A stretch of 64,000 nucleotides of DNA. It comes from an uncultured Candidatus Saccharibacteria bacterium (GTDB lineage Bacteria > Patescibacteriota > Saccharimonadia > Saccharimonadales > JAGQNJ01). Location: NCBI GenBank assembly GCA_964491925.1, contig CAZBGZ010000001.1:257621-321620 (forward strand), written 5' to 3'. Below, in pieces: positions 38,470 through 47,275 of this stretch (the stretch's first letter is position 1; every line of letters begins with the position of its first letter). Position numbers and translations under genes: made by a program. Below the pieces are notes generated by a model, which saw only the letters and a list, made by a program, of their open reading frames with translations, was not told the origin of the DNA and made no database searches.

Positions 38470-38805
38470 TTACAGCTGTTCCTTCTTAAAAATTTGTTCC
38501 TCGACCATACCCTTATAGCGGCTTGATCGGTACCTGAGACCGTGACAATGCCTACAGGCTATTAGTGACACCTGTATATAAAGTTTTGCCACGCGGGTCT
38601 TACAGGCAGGGCAAACAAACCAATACCGTTGTCCGCCGTGTCCAGTAGACGTTGTTACTAAGTTAACTTGCATATCACCGATGTAAACTGGCTCCTGGAT
38701 GAGACTTTCTTCAAACTGTGTGCGAAGCGACTTTACAACCTCATCAACGCTAATTGAGTTGACGGCGTCACTTACTGGAGAGTTTCCGTAATCATTGCCC
38801 GACAT
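38470..38805 (-). CDS. Zinc-ribbon hypothetical protein
   Basis: GGQRYWFVCPAC..RVAKLY...ACRHCHGLRY; start taken at MSGNDY. Confidence 0.7.
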   Translation of the reverse strand: MSGNDYGNSPVSDAVNSISVDEVVKSLRTQFEESLIQEPVYIGDMQVNLVTTSTGHGGQRYWFVCPACKTRVAKLYIQVSLIACRHCHGLRYRSSRYKGMVEEQIFKKEQL

Positions 38806-39439
38806 TGTTTTGCCCCTCGGACTTATCTTGAGTCGTTGAGTTGATTTGTTGGTTCTGGGCAACGAAGGCGTTGTTAGCTTTAAAAGACACCTTTAGTGCC
38901 GGCTGCTTAAAGTGTTTAAGGGTATTTATAGCTGATAGATATTGCCTAGCACATCGGTCCACTTCTTTACTCAGAACAGAGTAATAACCGTTCTTCTCAC
39001 TACTTAGAAAGTCTATCCGGGTGATTGAATTGAGTTTGTAGCCATACTCGATCATCCGGCAATACGCCCAACCGGCTGTTTGTGCCAACATCTTTTCTGA
39101 AGCGGTCTTACATTCATATTCAGCTATGAGCTGATCGGTAACTTCGATTAAGAAGGTTCTGTATTTTTTGGTATCAAGTGTCTCAGCTAAAAGGTAGTGG
39201 TTTTCCAATGCGACTATAGCTGAAGCTTGCTCTAGCTTCTTGTTAAGATCATCAACCAATGCCTTTTTCTTAGCTGGGCTGCTTGCTTCGTACTCATTCC
39301 ACATATCAGCTGATTTTTTCAGCAGGGCAGCGGGGTCAATCTCAACTTCAACATTCTTCAGCATCCGCTTAACTTCATCGGGAGTGAACTCTTTAGTTAA
39401 TTTCTTTCCATTCTTTTTACTAGGTTTGTTATTGCTCAT
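38792..39439 (-). CDS. Hypothetical protein
   Basis: 215-aa helical ORF in the tightly overlapped minus-strand operon. Confidence 0.7.
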   Translation of the reverse strand: MSNNKPSKKNGKKLTKEFTPDEVKRMLKNVEVEIDPAALLKKSADMWNEYEASSPAKKKALVDDLNKKLEQASAIVALENHYLLAETLDTKKYRTFLIEVTDQLIAEYECKTASEKMLAQTAGWAYCRMIEYGYKLNSITRIDFLSSEKNGYYSVLSKEVDRCARQYLSAINTLKHFKQPALKVSFKANNAFVAQNQQINSTTQDKSEGQNNVGQ

Positions 39440-39803
39440 ATTTCACCTCAATCCCGTAGTCATCATTCAGGTCGATGCCACTTAATGATCGTGGTCCAAT
39501 GCGAAGCGTGATATGAACAAGCTTTCTATCCCTTAGCATCTGTAGTAGATCCGGTGTGACCATATGGCGTGCATAGTCTAAGAACTGTTGCTGCATTTCC
39601 TCGGCATCATCGTACATAATGCAGCTTGAAGTATCCGTACAGCAGCTAGGTGCTTCTACATCTATGTGAACCCAAGAGAAGTGTTGTGGCTGATCCATCT
39701 CATCGTCATAGTGTTTCCCGTGCTGTTGACCTTGGTTTTTATCTGAAGCTTCGCTGTTCTTCTCTAAAACATCTATAGCTTGATCTATTGCATCGTGACT
39801 CAT
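39429..39803 (-). CDS. Hypothetical protein
   Basis: 124-aa ORF coupled with its neighbours. Confidence 0.6.
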   Translation of the reverse strand: MSHDAIDQAIDVLEKNSEASDKNQGQQHGKHYDDEMDQPQHFSWVHIDVEAPSCCTDTSSCIMYDDAEEMQQQFLDYARHMVTPDLLQMLRDRKLVHITLRIGPRSLSGIDLNDDYGIEVKYEQ

Positions 39804-39806
39804 AAC

Positions 39807-40016
39807 TTAATCCCTTCGAATTTTGACGCGAACGGCAACTTCGTCGTAGACAGGCTTTTTATTCGGACAGCTGTCATAGCACGTTTTACAAACAGTTTTC
39901 TTGTTATAACGTTTCTTGGGGCAGAATACGCATTTGTCACCGAAAACTGCTTTGTGTAGTCCTTTACAAAAATCACCGTAAGTATCTATTCTTTTACACT
40001 TAGTATTCATAATCAT
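39807..40016 (-). CDS. Small Cys-rich protein (zinc-finger-like)
   Basis: CVFC and CKTC pairs; SD GAGGAG. Confidence 0.55.
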   Translation of the reverse strand: MIMNTKCKRIDTYGDFCKGLHKAVFGDKCVFCPKKRYNKKTVCKTCYDSCPNKKPVYDEVAVRVKIRRD

Positions 40017-40059
40017 TTCTCCTCATTTAATCTATATAGCTTGTTTAGGGGTTGGCTTG

Positions 40060-41436
40060 TTAGGTCATAGCGTCCTCCTTCCACAGTGTCAGATTTTCTT
40101 TATTGGTTATTGACGCATCTGCATTGCGGATCGCCTTACATTCGTCACTCAGAAACCAATCAAAGCTACTGTCCAATTTCATAATCTTTTCAGGTTCGCC
40201 AACTCGTCCTTGGCTCTCTTGGCTGATAGTGCAAAGACCAAGTATTTTGAGCGACTCCATTTCTTTTAATGCAGTCGGCTTAGAACAGTTAAGAATCGCC
40301 TCAACTTCCGCAGTGCAGATTTCACCATCTAGTTCGAGTAATGCGCGGAAAAGACGAGTTCTGACCGTGGGAGCGCTATCTATGGCTAGCTCAATTGCTA
40401 GGCGCACATCATCCTTCGTCAGCTGTGTTCTTCCGTTAACCAAAGCGTGTCCTCGGCATAGGTTGTAAAAAAGTTGGTTAATACGGTCCGGCTTTTCAAC
40501 AGTCGGGGTAGTATAGCTGTACTCTGTGCCGTCTTCGCCTCGATCTCTCCAAAGATTAATTACACCCCGTAGACAAGCTAGGAGACGGGCGCAACGCGCA
40601 ATAATAAGCTTAAGGTCGCGCTCATCTTGGGCGTTATCCCAATCAAGCCCCTCAGGGTATTTAGACCAGAGCGTTTCAAGTAGATGTTTGGTTACGGTTT
40701 TACAGGCTTTTTCTTTGGTCTTATAGGCTGTAGAGCCAAGCTGTTCGGCAAGTTCGTCCTCAGACTTGTCTTTGGAGTTCATATTTAGGAAGAACAGCCT
40801 TGACCCAAGGTTGCCCATCATTTTCCATACCCGAGGTGGAATCGGTGTAGAAGCCGCCAGTACCATAAAAAGGTACTCGCCAACGTACTGACGTTGTCCG
40901 TGGATGCCGCTATCGGTGTTGAAGCCTTCGCCGTCAAGTACGCGAGTTAAAATTCCTAGGCACTCATTTAAGTCGTCATCACGCTTTGAAAACAAGGTTG
41001 CTAAGTCTCTGATCAGGAACAGTTTGTATTGTAGCCGCGGTAGTAAATCCACTTCCCTGAGCTTTTCTTTTTTGACATTGGCGGCATTTGAAACAAACGA
41101 AGCTGGCGTAAACTTATCTGTTGCGTATGTAAGCCCCTCGATCTCAGAGAAAAAGTTGATAGTGATGGTTTTACCTGCTGAAGGGACATCAACTAACACC
41201 AGAGCAAAGGGATTTGTAACATCTTTGATGAGGATTTGTGCAATAATCGACAAGCCAATTTCAGCAGCAAACAGTAGGTCGGGGAAGTTGTCATTTATAA
41301 CGCCTCGCCATTCACTGAATGAGATAGTTTCATCTGGTGTTGGGACCGCTAAAATACGGGGTGCGCTATCAAGGCTAACTGTTTCTACAGTATTTTGTTG
41401 TTCTTCATTTTCATTATCATTTTGCTTCATTGTCAT
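40060..41436 (-). CDS. P-loop ATPase, MCM/AAA+-helicase-like putative replication protein
   Basis: Variant Walker A VDVPSAGKT, Walker B-like LFLIRDL, 'LTRVLDG', 'LGSRLFF', C-terminal wHTH. Confidence 0.6.
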   Translation of the reverse strand: MTMKQNDNENEEQQNTVETVSLDSAPRILAVPTPDETISFSEWRGVINDNFPDLLFAAEIGLSIIAQILIKDVTNPFALVLVDVPSAGKTITINFFSEIEGLTYATDKFTPASFVSNAANVKKEKLREVDLLPRLQYKLFLIRDLATLFSKRDDDLNECLGILTRVLDGEGFNTDSGIHGQRQYVGEYLFMVLAASTPIPPRVWKMMGNLGSRLFFLNMNSKDKSEDELAEQLGSTAYKTKEKACKTVTKHLLETLWSKYPEGLDWDNAQDERDLKLIIARCARLLACLRGVINLWRDRGEDGTEYSYTTPTVEKPDRINQLFYNLCRGHALVNGRTQLTKDDVRLAIELAIDSAPTVRTRLFRALLELDGEICTAEVEAILNCSKPTALKEMESLKILGLCTISQESQGRVGEPEKIMKLDSSFDWFLSDECKAIRNADASITNKENLTLWKEDAMT

Positions 41437-41441
41437 AGTCG

Positions 41442-41684
41442 TTACCTTGAATAAATCCTGTTCTTCATTAACTTGATGTTGTTAAAGTAGCTGAGTGGCT
41501 CAACGGATAATTCCTTCTGCCAGTAAGCTCGTACGGTATCCTCTAACTTGTCTTCTCTGCGAAAGACAAACTTCACTCTGCTAGGGTTATTTCTGTCTAG
41601 GGAGTGAAGGCGAAAACCGAGTGTTACAATGGTGGTACACAGCCCAAGGTCCGTTGTCTCAAAGTATTGATCGTCATCGTTCAT
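41442..41684 (-). CDS. DUF5659-like small protein
   Basis: 'FETTDLGL...LGF.L..LDR.NP.RV.FVF' and 'VEPLSYF..IK.MK.RIY' pattern, recalled from CPR mobile elements. Confidence 0.6.
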   Translation of the reverse strand: MNDDDQYFETTDLGLCTTIVTLGFRLHSLDRNNPSRVKFVFRREDKLEDTVRAYWQKELSVEPLSYFNNIKLMKNRIYSR

Positions 41685-41756
41685 TTAATTTCTCCATAGT
41701 GTTCTCACTTGTAATAAGCCAAAGAAGCCCAGGACATTGGAATTAACGGGGGTAAC

Positions 41757-41781
41757 TTAAAAAGCCCGGTGTTCCGGGCTT
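41757..41781 (-). terminator. Intrinsic terminator
   Basis: aagcccgg-aaca-ccgggctt followed by a T-run on the minus strand, just after the 41803 stop. Confidence 0.65.
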
Positions 41782-41802
41782 ATGGGGTAATAAAAAAGTT
41801 AA

Positions 41803-43248
41803 CTACGCGAAGCGTTGTCTCAGTTCAACAGTTCTCGGACTATTATTTTGTTCCAGGATGGTAGGGATGGTCTTTACTTGCTCAGTAGTATAATAACGGA
41901 TTGTTTTTATGCGCCGAGGTACTAAAATGCCTCTCGCATCCCATCGCTTAAGTGTTTTGGTGCTAATCCCTATAACATTAGCAACTTGGGATACGGTATA
42001 AAGATCATCTCTCTGATGGCGTTGTGCCATCTGTTTCTCAGCTTTTATTTTATTCAATTCAGTAACTATTCCTTCTCGGTATGGAACAAGAAATGCCGTT
42101 GCTTTTGAGCTGCGTAGTTTCGAGTAGAACGAAGTTTTAATGGCTTCCAATTCACCGGACCTAATCCAGTTTCGCAGTGTCTGGTCAGATATGCCAACTT
42201 GCCGAGCAATAGTACCCAGGAACAGATATTCTTTATTGTTCTTCTCGTCGATATAGACGTTAAATTCAACCCATTCGGATGCAGCTTTATTGTCGTAAAT
42301 GAGGATGTACTGTGCCATTAAGTGATGCACCAGACTATAAAAGACCGTCTGAGCTGCTTTTAATCCCCAACCCATACTTTTGTGTTCATTTTCCCTTAAG
42401 ATCTCTAGGCAAGTAGTTTGGATAATATGCTCGAACTCATCCTCGGTTGGCTCACGACCCTGTAATCGTTCAAGCCTATAATATTCACGTCCAAGCTTCC
42501 ACCACATCTTAGCTAATTGATATGACGCTATGGAGTCGCCTTCAGACGCTTTTACGACTAGATAGAAGTTGCTTTTTGATAGTAGCTTAAAAAAGTCTGC
42601 AAGAGGCTGGAATATTTTGCCGAAGTCAATATGACCAAAAACTGTACGTGTGAATTTGCTGATCTGCTCGACGCATTGTTTTAGGAAGTTGGTGATTGGC
42701 GGCGGTTTAAAATTGGCAAACTTTGATATGAATGTCTGTACTAATGGAGCGATACGGCTGGTTATCCCTGACCCAATTTTTTTGAAGATGCTAGAGAAGG
42801 AGGGAAGAGAATGTCTCAATGCCTCGAACATTTTTTGGATCTTCTCACCAAGCTGACGTATTGTTTCAAGCATCGGCTCCATTGTTCGAGCGATGCTCTT
42901 GTGAGCCTCTGCCATTTGTCGAGCAAGTTGAAGAGCGGGTTGTGTAGCTTGAAATGCCACGCCAACGCTCTTAAAGACTCGATTGATATTACTTTGAAAG
43001 CCAAGCGCCTTTGCTAGGTTACCCTGAACCGAACTAGTTGCAAAAGCTCCGCTCGTTCTCAGGCGTTCACTCAGAATTTCCTGGACATCTTTTTGCTGTT
43101 TTGTTGCTTGTTCACGCGCACGTTTAACAATAGTTAGCTCAACAGTTTTAGGCTCTACTTCAGTTTTCTTTTCTGTAGGGGCATCTAAATCAAGATCATA
43201 TTTTGTCTGACCTTGATTTACATTCTCATTTTTCCCCTCGTTTGACAC
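41803..43248 (-). CDS. Hypothetical protein with two C-terminal MerR-type HTHs
   Basis: 'IARQVGISDQTLRNWIRSGEL' and 'YTVSQVANVIGISTKTLKRWDARGIL.P.R...RYYT'. Confidence 0.75.
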   Translation of the reverse strand: MSNEGKNENVNQGQTKYDLDLDAPTEKKTEVEPKTVELTIVKRAREQATKQQKDVQEILSERLRTSGAFATSSVQGNLAKALGFQSNINRVFKSVGVAFQATQPALQLARQMAEAHKSIARTMEPMLETIRQLGEKIQKMFEALRHSLPSFSSIFKKIGSGITSRIAPLVQTFISKFANFKPPPITNFLKQCVEQISKFTRTVFGHIDFGKIFQPLADFFKLLSKSNFYLVVKASEGDSIASYQLAKMWWKLGREYYRLERLQGREPTEDEFEHIIQTTCLEILRENEHKSMGWGLKAAQTVFYSLVHHLMAQYILIYDNKAASEWVEFNVYIDEKNNKEYLFLGTIARQVGISDQTLRNWIRSGELEAIKTSFYSKLRSSKATAFLVPYREGIVTELNKIKAEKQMAQRHQRDDLYTVSQVANVIGISTKTLKRWDARGILVPRRIKTIRYYTTEQVKTIPTILEQNNSPRTVELRQRFA

Positions 43249-43482
43249 TGTTAAGCCTCATTTTCATATAATCTTTGTACCTACTTATAATTATATCAAA
43301 ACTAGTACGTCTACTGATTACCTCATCGATAAATCAACACTAACGCAATATATTACTAGGCAAAAAATGCTTGGTCATTTTGCTCCCGAAAAAATTCGGC
43401 ATTGATACAGCGGAGTCTTATTTCTGAAGATTAACAGGGGTAGCCCCCCGCTATGACTTTTCAAATCTGTATAAAACGAGTT

Positions 43483-43710
43483 TTAAAGACCCTTAAAAAG
43501 GTCGCTTATATTCACTTTTAGTGTTTTTGCGATTTTGCTAAGTGTACTAAGTCGCGCCCATCTTTTACCGGTTTCTATATAGGCGATTGCAACTACGCTC
43601 ATATTGATGCGTTCTGCGAGTTCTTGTTGCGTAACTCCGCGACTCTTGCGAACCTCAGCAACCCTTCTGCCAAAGGCTTTCATTAACTTCTGCTCACGTG
43701 TACCTGTCAT
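43483..43710 (-). CDS. XRE-family HTH regulator
   Basis: RKSRGVTQQELAERI.MS...IAYIETG...LSTL.KIA..L.V. Confidence 0.9.
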   Translation of the reverse strand: MTGTREQKLMKAFGRRVAEVRKSRGVTQQELAERINMSVVAIAYIETGKRWARLSTLSKIAKTLKVNISDLFKGL

Positions 43711-43730
43711 ACACTAAGCGTAGAAATAAT

Positions 43731-43759
43731 AAACAGATAGTTACATAAACTAACTGTTT
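43731..43759. promoter_or_regulatory. Inverted-repeat operator between XRE and the DUF4352-like gene
   Basis: aaacagatagtt-acata-aactaactgttt (11/12 arm match). Confidence 0.6.
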
Positions 43760-43818
43760 ATTTTGTTGATAATATATGATAAATTCTTATAGAGATAACT
43801 TAAACAAGGAGTTTATAA

Positions 43819-44382
43819 GTGAATTGGTTCAAAAAACACAAGATAATAACGGTAATTCTAGCGTTGGTAGTAGTTGGGGGCATTATAGGTGCAGCGGGTG
43901 GCGGTTCTAGCACCACCTCAAACCAGAGCAACAGTGGAAATAATAATGCGTCTGAGAAGACCGAAGAAAAAGCAACAACGGCTAAAATTGGTGAACCAGC
44001 ACGCGACGGTAAGTTTGAATTTACAGTAACCAGCATTAAATGTGGTGAGAAATCAGTAGGAGACCAATACTTAAACGAAAAGGCGCAAGGTGAGTTTTGC
44101 CGTCTTAGTCTTAGCATTAAGAACATAGGTAATGAGGCTCAAAGCCTCTTATCAAGCGACCAAAAGCTATTAAACGCCGAGGGTCAACAGTTTGCTGCCG
44201 ATGATACAGCTACCATCTACGCATCCTCAGGCAATTCAGGTAGCACTTGGTTTGACCAAATAAATCCTGGTAACAGCGTAAAAGGTGATATTTTGTTTGA
44301 CGTACCTGCCGGTGCAAAGATTACCACTGCTGAACTGCACGATAGTTCTTTCTCAGGTGGCGTAAAAGTAAACCTCCAGTAG
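43819..44382 (+). CDS. Membrane-anchored DUF4352/MPT63-like surface protein
   Basis: N-terminal TM, Ser/Asn linker, 'IGEPARDGKFEFTV', 'INPGNSVKG.ILFDVP'. Confidence 0.8.
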   Translation: MNWFKKHKIITVILALVVVGGIIGAAGGGSSTTSNQSNSGNNNASEKTEEKATTAKIGEPARDGKFEFTVTSIKCGEKSVGDQYLNEKAQGEFCRLSLSIKNIGNEAQSLLSSDQKLLNAEGQQFAADDTATIYASSGNSGSTWFDQINPGNSVKGDILFDVPAGAKITTAELHDSSFSGGVKVNLQ

Positions 44383-44450
44383 TTAGAAGCCCGCGATTAA
44401 ATTGTTTTTACAAGTTTAGATTATCAGCTCGCCCAACAGAGAGCGAGAGA

Positions 44451-44479
44451 TTGACACGCACCTTAAAATATGATAGTAT
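44451..44479 (+). promoter_or_regulatory. Sigma70 promoter of the DGR target gene
   Basis: TTGACA-N17-TAGTAT with TG extension. Confidence 0.6.
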
Positions 44480-44532
44480 GTAGCTAGTTAGATAACAAAA
44501 ATAAAAACCTAACGCTACAATAAGAAATTACT

Positions 44533-46512
44533 ATGCAAAGTCCAGGAAGCTCATTTCTACACGATCGTAACCCACAGATGCACGCATCTGATGAAGTTGA
44601 GGCTGTAGTGGGCTATTTACGTCAGGGTGGCGAGTCTATTCCTAACGAGCCTGCTGATAAAATCTCGGCTCACCTGGGATTTTTGGCTAACCGTGAGTAC
44701 GTAAACGACGGCATATTAACCGGAGATCAGGGCAGCATAGATCGACAGATTGATGCCCACGTTATTAGTGCATCTGATGTGCCGGAGGGATACTTTGAAC
44801 TACAACGCCGAATTGCAAGGGAGCAAGGACATGGTGACATTCAAATAACCTCTGAAATGCGTCATCAAATGGTTGAGGCGGTGCAGGCTGATCAACGTGC
44901 TGGACTTGGTAAATGGGTTGAATATCTCGGCGGTGACGACGGTGGATACCCTGATTGGTTTAAGAGTTACACTTGGACATCAGTTACTAAGCTCGGGACA
45001 TTCGATAAAGAAAAAAACGAGTTTCAGAAGCGTAGTCGTGGCACGACAGCGCCTTACCCCGAGCTGAACCGTGAAGCGTTAGCTTACGTTTATGATGTGT
45101 TAAACAAATCACGGATACAGGGTGAGCAGGTCAATGGCAGGGCTAACGATGCCGAACTTCAGAAGCTCCTTAAAAGTGGTAATTTTGGTAAACTCTACGC
45201 TCACGCTGTATTGGAAGTCACACCTGATAGTCCAGAGTTAAGAAAAGACACAAGAGGTTCGTGGACTAAGTTCAATCAGACTGACGATCCACGTACAGCC
45301 CGTAGGCTTTCCGGTTCACTGCAAGGACACGGTACAGGTTGGTGTACGGCTGGTGAAAGCACAGCAACTATGCAATTAAGGGGTGGCGACTTTTTTGTGT
45401 ACTACACACGCGATGAAGACAGCAAAGACACCGTTCCACGGGTGGCTATACGAATGGAGCAGGGCGAGGTTGCCGAGGTTCGTGGTGTAAATGCTGCTCA
45501 AGAACTTGAACCAGAAATGGCAGATATCACGGCTGAACGGCTTAAAGACTTACCTGGTGGTGAAGAGTACATACGCAAGGCAGAGGATATGAAGCGCTTA
45601 ACTGCTATTGAAAAAAGAATTACAGCTAATCCTGACGCCAATCTAAGCACTGAGGAACTACGCTTTCTGTATGAGCTAGACCACGAAATACAAGGCTTTG
45701 GCTATGAAGACGACCCACGCATAGGCGAGATTAGACAATTACGCGGTGATAGAGATAAGCCCGAACTTGCTCGTATATTGCCTGAAAGTATACGTGAGCA
45801 GTTAAGTAGTGCGTTTGCGGCGTACAAGACAGTGGCAGAGCAATTAGGTGGCAAGCAACGCCTATTTCGTAAGGGCGAAACAGCACTAACTCCAAGTGAG
45901 CTTGAAAAACTGTTTGCTTCAAAAGACAGAGAATGGCAAGTAAACGGTACGTACGACTACCTAGTAGAGCAACTGATAGAAAACGGTGCTCGTTTTAACC
46001 TGGTGGCTACGCCTAACATTGAGGCTAGCGAAGCCCAAATCGTTGCGTTAGCAGAAAACTTTGGTAAAGATCAGCCATACGCAACCTACGTATATGATGA
46101 ACTATATCGCAAGGGTCATTACAGTGGGCGAGAGTGGTCAGGCAATAATGGAGATGCGCCTGTTCGCTTGAGCCTCATACCAAGCCGTTATGACAGTGGG
46201 ATTAGTAATAAGCCGGTAGAAACACAAGTACGCTTACTGCGTGAACGTCAAGCTCAGCGACCAGAACTAGCAGCACGAGTACCAAGTCTGCTTGATGCGG
46301 TAACTTACTGGTACACATTGCGTGCGCAAGGGGATAAACTCGACGACAGTAGTGCTTTTGATAAAACCTACATTAGGCACTTTGATTTAGAGCCGCAAAC
46401 GGTCGACAGGTGGCTGGTCGTGCCGTACTCCTACGTGAACGACGATGGTAAGCCGTACCTGAACTACTCGGATGCCGAGAATGAGAATGATGCTCGGCTC
46501 GCGGTGGGGTAA
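44533..46512 (+). CDS. DGR target (variable) protein
   Basis: C-terminal codons form the VR; ends ...ARLAVG* like CLec-type DGR targets; central GHGTGWCTAG motif. Confidence 0.92.
   Translation: MQSPGSSFLHDRNPQMHASDEVEAVVGYLRQGGESIPNEPADKISAHLGFLANREYVNDGILTGDQGSIDRQIDAHVISASDVPEGYFELQRRIAREQGHGDIQITSEMRHQMVEAVQADQRAGLGKWVEYLGGDDGGYPDWFKSYTWTSVTKLGTFDKEKNEFQKRSRGTTAPYPELNREALAYVYDVLNKSRIQGEQVNGRANDAELQKLLKSGNFGKLYAHAVLEVTPDSPELRKDTRGSWTKFNQTDDPRTARRLSGSLQGHGTGWCTAGESTATMQLRGGDFFVYYTRDEDSKDTVPRVAIRMEQGEVAEVRGVNAAQELEPEMADITAERLKDLPGGEEYIRKAEDMKRLTAIEKRITANPDANLSTEELRFLYELDHEIQGFGYEDDPRIGEIRQLRGDRDKPELARILPESIREQLSSAFAAYKTVAEQLGGKQRLFRKGETALTPSELEKLFASKDREWQVNGTYDYLVEQLIENGARFNLVATPNIEASEAQIVALAENFGKDQPYATYVYDELYRKGHYSGREWSGNNGDAPVRLSLIPSRYDSGISNKPVETQVRLLRERQAQRPELAARVPSLLDAVTYWYTLRAQGDKLDDSSAFDKTYIRHFDLEPQTVDRWLVVPYSYVNDDGKPYLNYSDAENENDARLAVG
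46398..46506 (+). repeat. DGR variable repeat (VR)
   Basis: 109 bp, differs from the TR at 46417, 46418, 46426, 46441, 46456, 46465 and 46471, each opposite a TR adenine. Confidence 0.97.
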
Positions 46513-46522
46513 AACCTTTAAT

Positions 46523-46603
46523 TTTAGCCCTTTCTTTTCTTCTTTCTCTTTTATCTAACTACCTACGAACAATAGGTTCGGGGTAAGTAGTCCAAAGGCT
46601 AAA
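46523..46603 (+). other. Imperfect hairpin downstream of VR/IMH
   Basis: tttagcc/ggctaaa outer arms, actac/gtagt and cgaac-aatag-gttcg inner stem. Confidence 0.45.
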
Positions 46604-46809
46604 GTACCTATCGGTGCCCCGAGTGGATTGTTGCTTACATCTAGCGTGAAAAGACTTTCCGAGCGAAAGCGGATCTTTTTATAGCAGTAAGCACATCAAG
46701 AACCTTTTACACCCCACGGATCTCCAACGATAGCGTCGTAAATGATGCTGAAAAGAAGAGAGGTCCTTATTTTCTGCGGATTATAAGGAACGAGACGTCT
46801 TGGAGAATT

Positions 46810-46918
46810 AACGGTCGACAGGTGGCTGAACGTGCCGAACTCCTACGTGAACAACGATGGTAAGCCGAACCTGAACAACTCGAATGCCGAGAATGAGAAT
46901 GATGCTCGGCTCGCGGTG
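46810..46918 (+). ncRNA. DGR template repeat (TR)
   Basis: Intergenic copy of the VR with ten AAC/AAT codons in the target reading frame. Confidence 0.95.
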
Positions 46919-46936
46919 TGGTGTATCAGTGTTAGT

Positions 46937-47275
46937 CTAATGCACGCTTTTGAGCCAGCCGCCAATCATTCGGCGTGCTTCGCTCAGGCGTGCTTGGACT
47001 TTTAGTACACTCGTTTCGTTGGCGAGCTTTAGTTCAAGAATGGCTCTAAGATGCAATGAGGTCATTTCGGCAAGAGCGTTTGCCCTAAGGAGGTAACTTG
47101 CTTTCATCGGTTTTGGAGCGTGTTTTGCTAATAGTAGCTGTTCTAGGGTATCTGACCAGCACTTTGCTGCTTGTTCACCGAGTGAATAACGGTATTTCTT
47201 ATCCAACTTAGTATTTAATTCCAGTAATTTTTTGTAAATCTCAAAGGCAATGGTGATGACAGGTAACTCTTCCAT
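46937..47275 (-). CDS. avd: Avd-like accessory four-helix-bundle protein, antisense to TR and RT
   Basis: MEELPVI..AFEIYK...KKYRYSLGEQ...L.EARRMIGGWLKS; 112 aa; Avd/bAvd-type C-terminal GGW. Confidence 0.8.
   Translation of the reverse strand: MEELPVITIAFEIYKKLLELNTKLDKKYRYSLGEQAAKCWSDTLEQLLLAKHAPKPMKASYLLRANALAEMTSLHLRAILELKLANETSVLKVQARLSEARRMIGGWLKSVH

Noticed and set aside
46398-46918. VR/TR as a CRISPR array or simple duplication
   Set aside because: There are only two copies, no spacers or cas genes, and the mismatches are strictly adenine-specific.
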